Translations under genes and position numbers: made by a program
Source of the DNA: a bacterium
GTDB lineage: Bacteria > Patescibacteriota > Microgenomatia > Curtissbacterales > GWA2-41-24
Length of the DNA stretch: 64,000 nucleotides
Assembly: GCA_021813125.1 (NCBI GenBank)
Contig: JAKALT010000004.1
Span: 7,941 to 71,940, forward strand
Direction: 5' to 3'
Shown here: in pieces, positions 63,691 through 64,000 of the stretch
Position numbering within the stretch: position 1 is the first letter of the stretch
Layout of the letters: every line of letters starts with the position of its first letter
The notes under the pieces: generated by a model
What the model saw: only the letters and a program-made list of their open reading frames with translations
Database searches by the model: none
Told to the model about the DNA's origin: nothing

Positions 63691-63780
63691 CGGGCGGAGA
63701 TTTTTAGTAGACCAATGCGGCCACTTGCACTAAATTTTTCGATGAGATATAAAGACTCTTCATAGTTAGGAGGTGAAAAT

Positions 63781-64000
63781 ATGCCAAGTATTATTAAAAA
63801 AAGCTTTGATTCTCCAGATAAAACTTCAAGCCCTGCAGAAAAAATGAAGGTAGATTTTGTCGAAGTAGGAGACCTAAAAATCCAGAAAGTGACCGCGGAG
63901 CCAGGATGGCAATGGTCAAAACATTTGAAGCCGGTGGTTGGAGGGGAAAGCTGTCAGGTTAATCACAGGATACATTTGTTGTCAGGGAAACTCATGTCGA
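63781..64000 (+). CDS. Hypothetical protein, partial; the C-terminus runs off the window end
   Basis: AGGAGGTG lies 6 nt upstream of the ATG at 63781. The ORF MPSIIKKSFDSPDKTSSPAEKMKVDFVEVGDLKIQ... remains open to the window end. Confidence 0.35.
   Translation, partial: MPSIIKKSFDSPDKTSSPAEKMKVDFVEVGDLKIQKVTAEPGWQWSKHLKPVVGGESCQVNHRIHLLSGKLMS

Noticed and set aside
1-64000. CRISPR arrays, transposases, integrases and rRNA genes
   Set aside because: Scanned for short regularly spaced direct repeats, DDE/tyrosine-recombinase-like ORFs and rRNA-like conserved stretches. None were found in this window.

Overview
This 64-kb window is gene-dense bacterial chromosome containing the replication origin, a putative T4SS-like operon, a pilin-module gene array and several intron/homing-endonuclease-associated tRNA genes.

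Lineage: the overall gene content fits a small-genome Candidate Phyla Radiation (Patescibacteria-like) bacterium. Supporting signs are the cell-envelope-heavy gene content, a T4SS-like cluster lacking obvious coupling protein and relaxase, giant surface proteins, and tRNA genes with an intron or adjacent homing endonucleases. This is inference only.

Origin neighbourhood (1-7.2 kb): a partial Wzx-like flippase and a WaaL-like O-antigen ligase are followed by the classic cluster jag - yidC - yidD - rnpA - rpmH on the minus strand, then dnaA - dnaN - a DUF721/DciA-like gene on the plus strand. A perfect DnaA box (TTATCCACA) lies in the rpmH-dnaA spacer.

Putative T4SS-like operon (7.2-17.5 kb, minus strand): an eight-gene translationally coupled operon begins immediately next to the origin. 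It contains a VirB4-family ATPase, a PrgI/VirB3-like protein fused to a long extension, an M23 peptidase, a glycine-zipper polytopic protein with a Cys-rich C-terminal domain, and membrane-anchored unknowns. An AAA+ ATPase with a C-terminal OmpR-type winged-helix domain sits just upstream.

Giant genes (17.5-30.2 kb): a 1230-aa acidic protein with no detectable motif, an 813-aa putative VirB6/TrbL-like protein with an N-terminal ectodomain, a 423-aa zinc-ribbon protein, and a 1601-aa membrane-anchored metzincin (HEIGHQLGADH) with Pro/Thr linkers.

Pilin-module array (30.3-37.4 kb): seven tandem, translationally coupled minus-strand genes all end in the same roughly 60-90-aa two-helix module that resembles VirB2/TrbC-type pilins. 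Three are minimal pilin-like proteins. Four carry 200-750-aa N-terminal beta-rich ectodomains. This looks like a modular pilin/adhesin family.

The rest of the window (37.4-64 kb): a SpoIID/LytB-domain protein, several GT-C-like membrane proteins, smpB with an adjacent putative tmRNA, comFC, NUDIX, dnaG-rpoD, a SIMPL protein, Fic, and a histidine phosphatase.

tRNA genes: Ser(TGA), Ser(GCT), Arg(GCG), Ser(CGA) and Ser(GGA). The Ser(GGA) gene is overlapped by a LAGLIDADG endonuclease ORF. A further tRNA, probably Asn(GTT), is split by a roughly 516-nt group-I-like intron that carries an HNH endonuclease.

Repeats and absences: a family of five roughly 46-nt palindromic intergenic elements (AAGGTCAGGCCTT ... 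AAGGCCTGACCTT) punctuates the T4SS/pilin region. No CRISPR array, transposase or integrase was seen.
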